Part shown: positions 62,201-64,000 of the stretch, piece after piece
How the letters are laid out: the number at the start of each line of letters is the position of its first letter
How positions within the stretch are numbered: the first letter of the stretch is position 1
DNA from: Gekko japonicus
Lineage: Eukaryota
Assembly (NCBI RefSeq): GCF_001447785.1
Contig: NW_015172051.1
Span: forward strand, 305,497 to 369,496
Length of the DNA stretch: 64,000 nt
Direction: 5' to 3'
The notes under the pieces: generated by a model
Databases searched by the model: none
Seen by the model: the letters and a program-made list of their open reading frames with translations, nothing else
What the model was told of the DNA's origin: nothing
Translations under genes and position numbers: made by a program

Positions 62201-63253
62201 TGCTGGAAATCCCTCAGCCAGATCCCCGTTGACTCTAGTTTGGGACCCCCATGTGTGCATATGCGGCGGAGGGTCTTCTCCAAGATTATGGAGAGGGCTG
62301 ACCCTGTGTCCAGCTCCATTACGCAGGGAGCACCCTCAATTACCACAGTCACGTTTAACTTGGGGGGGGGACCCTTGGGGAAGGTAGTGTACCTGGTTGT
62401 TGTGGATCGCTGTGTAGTGGCTGTTGTTGGCCCCATGATGTGAAGAAGCGGTCTTCCGTGGACGGCAAACCCGTGAGATGTGTCCCTGTTTGTTGCTTGC
62501 CTGGCAGATGGTGTCCCGGAATCGACAGTTCTTGTAATCATCCATCCCACCACAGCTGGTGCATGGTGCAGGGCTGGAAGACTGCGCAGTGTTGCATGCG
62601 GTGGAGTGGCCGGCAGCCTGCCGGCGACCCTTGCTGCTGTTGGGGTGTGGGGGATGGGTTACCTGGTGCATGCCGTCTTCCTCCTTGGAGACGTCAGATT
62701 CGAAGGCGATGGGTGCCTGATGGACAGAGTGTGCCTGGCGGTCCTTTTGCATTTTTTCAAATGCCGTCACCATCTGTAGAACAGTCTTGAGCGTGAGGTT
62801 GGCTTGTGGCAGGAGCTTCCGGCAAAGCTTTGGCTCCTGGACTCCCCATAGGAATTGCGTTAACAGGGAGTCTGCCAGGTCTGTGAACTCACAATCGCTG
62901 GCTATCCAGCGGAGGTTGGCGAGGAACTTTGTGATCCATTCTCCAGATTTTTGCATCCGCGAGATAAAGTCCATGTGGATGGCCCACTTTGATGGCTTCG
63001 GGACATAGAAATTATTGAGAGCGGTGATCAGCTCGTCGAATGTGGCCGTCTCCAGCATCTTTGGCACCACGAGGCTTGTGGCCAGTCAGATGGTGGCGAT
63101 GCTGCAGGTTCGCAGCAGCCACAACTTCTTGATCCTGACATCCGTGGTGCCCTGGATGTTGAGGAAGTGCATCAGCTGAGCCACCCAGGCCTCCCAGTAC
63201 TCAGGATGGTTTGGGTCGAACGGTGTCAGTTACTGTCCCAGAACTGCAGCCAT
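59240..63253 (-). pseudogene. Gypsy gag-pol
   Basis: ATG at 63253; decayed Cys/His knuckles; protease LDTGS; RT KLDLAQAYQQ and FLDD; RNase H CDASS and TDHKPL; integrase H-H-C-C, ISDNG, NGQVER, TGPLFY; multiple stops and frameshifts. Confidence 0.93.
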
Positions 63254-63389
63254 GACTTGTTGCGGTGGCAGGGCCTGCTGCAAAGAAGCGGAGGCCTTGG
63301 CGGGAGTGGTGCGAGGCTGGAGGCTCTCGGGGTCCTCTGTGGTTGCCAGTGCGATGCTCGGGAGCGGTGGAATCAGGCAAGCTCTCGGG

Positions 63390-63407
63390 ATCCCATCCTC
63401 GTCACCA
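63390..63407 (-). promoter_or_regulatory. Primer-binding site complementary to tRNA-Ser(GCT)
   Basis: Plus strand ATCCCATCCTCGTCACCA versus tRNA-Ser(GCT) 3' end ATCCCATCCTCGTCGCCA (17 of 18 match), 1 nt from the LTR end. Confidence 0.85.
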
Positions 63408-63408
63408 C

Positions 63409-63739
63409 TGAAAAGTACTGGAAGCGGAGGCTCAGCATAGTGATTTCAGCAAGTGTTTATTTGTTACATTGGGAACTGAAGATAAAACTGGCTGTTCACA
63501 GGCCGGCTTATATGCGTGAACACACCACACCCAAACCACACCCAGCACACACCCCATGCCCAGTGATAGGTTCTATTTACATGCAGCAGACCTTGTTGGT
63601 CTACTCTTGAATCCGGGCAAACCCATTGGTGTGCCTAGGATCCGAAGTGGCTATTGTTCGCTAGTGCAAAGGTCCATGTCCATTTTAGACCGCATGGCCG
63701 GACCCACGTGGCCTTGGCATCTCTGCTCAATACATTACA
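63409..63739 (-). repeat. 5' LTR of the Gypsy (331 bp)
   Basis: Minus-strand termini TGTAATGTATTG .. CAGTACTTTTCA; minus-strand TATAA and AATAAA. Confidence 0.8.
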
Positions 63740-64000
63740 GTAGAGATAACAAAGAGGCAGCAATATTTTAGTAGAACTAGGGGCACAATCCAGACAAAAT
63801 TACTGGGTAATTCTGTTGAGGTCAATGGCCTTAAAATGGAGTAACCTTGCTTAGAATAGTTTAGGATAGCACTGTCAATTTTACTACAAACCTTTATTTC
63901 AAAAGGAAAACGCTAGTCTCACATGTGACACTTCCATGAAAATCACTGGGGCCTGAAACACCTTTGGCCTAATAGTGGTCCTAAGGTTTTACTCGTATGC

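Larger units (their letters stand above)
59240..63739 (-). mobile_element. Ty3/Gypsy LTR retrotransposon (Mag-like architecture), decayed, 3' LTR missing
   Basis: Domain order gag-PR-RT-RH-IN; 5' LTR and PBS present. Confidence 0.95.

Noticed and set aside
1-64000. CRISPR arrays or prokaryotic operons
   Set aside because: There is no repeat-spacer periodicity, and the sequence is eukaryotic and TE-rich.

Overview
Vertebrate non-coding DNA, almost certainly a squamate reptile and probably a gecko (inferred from the tRNA-derived SINEs, BovB and hAT MITE families). I found no convincing host protein-coding gene; all long ORFs are retroelement-derived. Main contents: a young 5'-truncated BovB/RTE LINE with an uninterrupted RT frame (12.9-14.5 kb); a 9-kb nested complex (16.0-25.2 kb) in which an Ngaro/DIRS tyrosine-recombinase retrotransposon carrying an SGNH-hydrolase ORF is split by three L1 pieces, a SINE, a perfect 57-bp inverted duplication and a hAT MITE; an RTE>CR1>MITE nest (28.2-30.4 kb); a solo LTR; an ancient two-LTR Gypsy relic (37.5-41.4 kb); an L2 lacking its RT core (53.4-56.4 kb); and a younger Gypsy with a tRNA-Ser PBS (59.2-63.7 kb). 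The most intriguing signal is a CpG-rich hAT MITE family (28875-29197, 54241-54576). Its long internal hairpins differ in sequence between copies but remain paired, and they carry ETS-CRE and GC-box promoter motifs. Repeat-free stretches look like conserved non-coding elements, but this cannot be confirmed without alignments. Family names come from motif recognition, not database searches.
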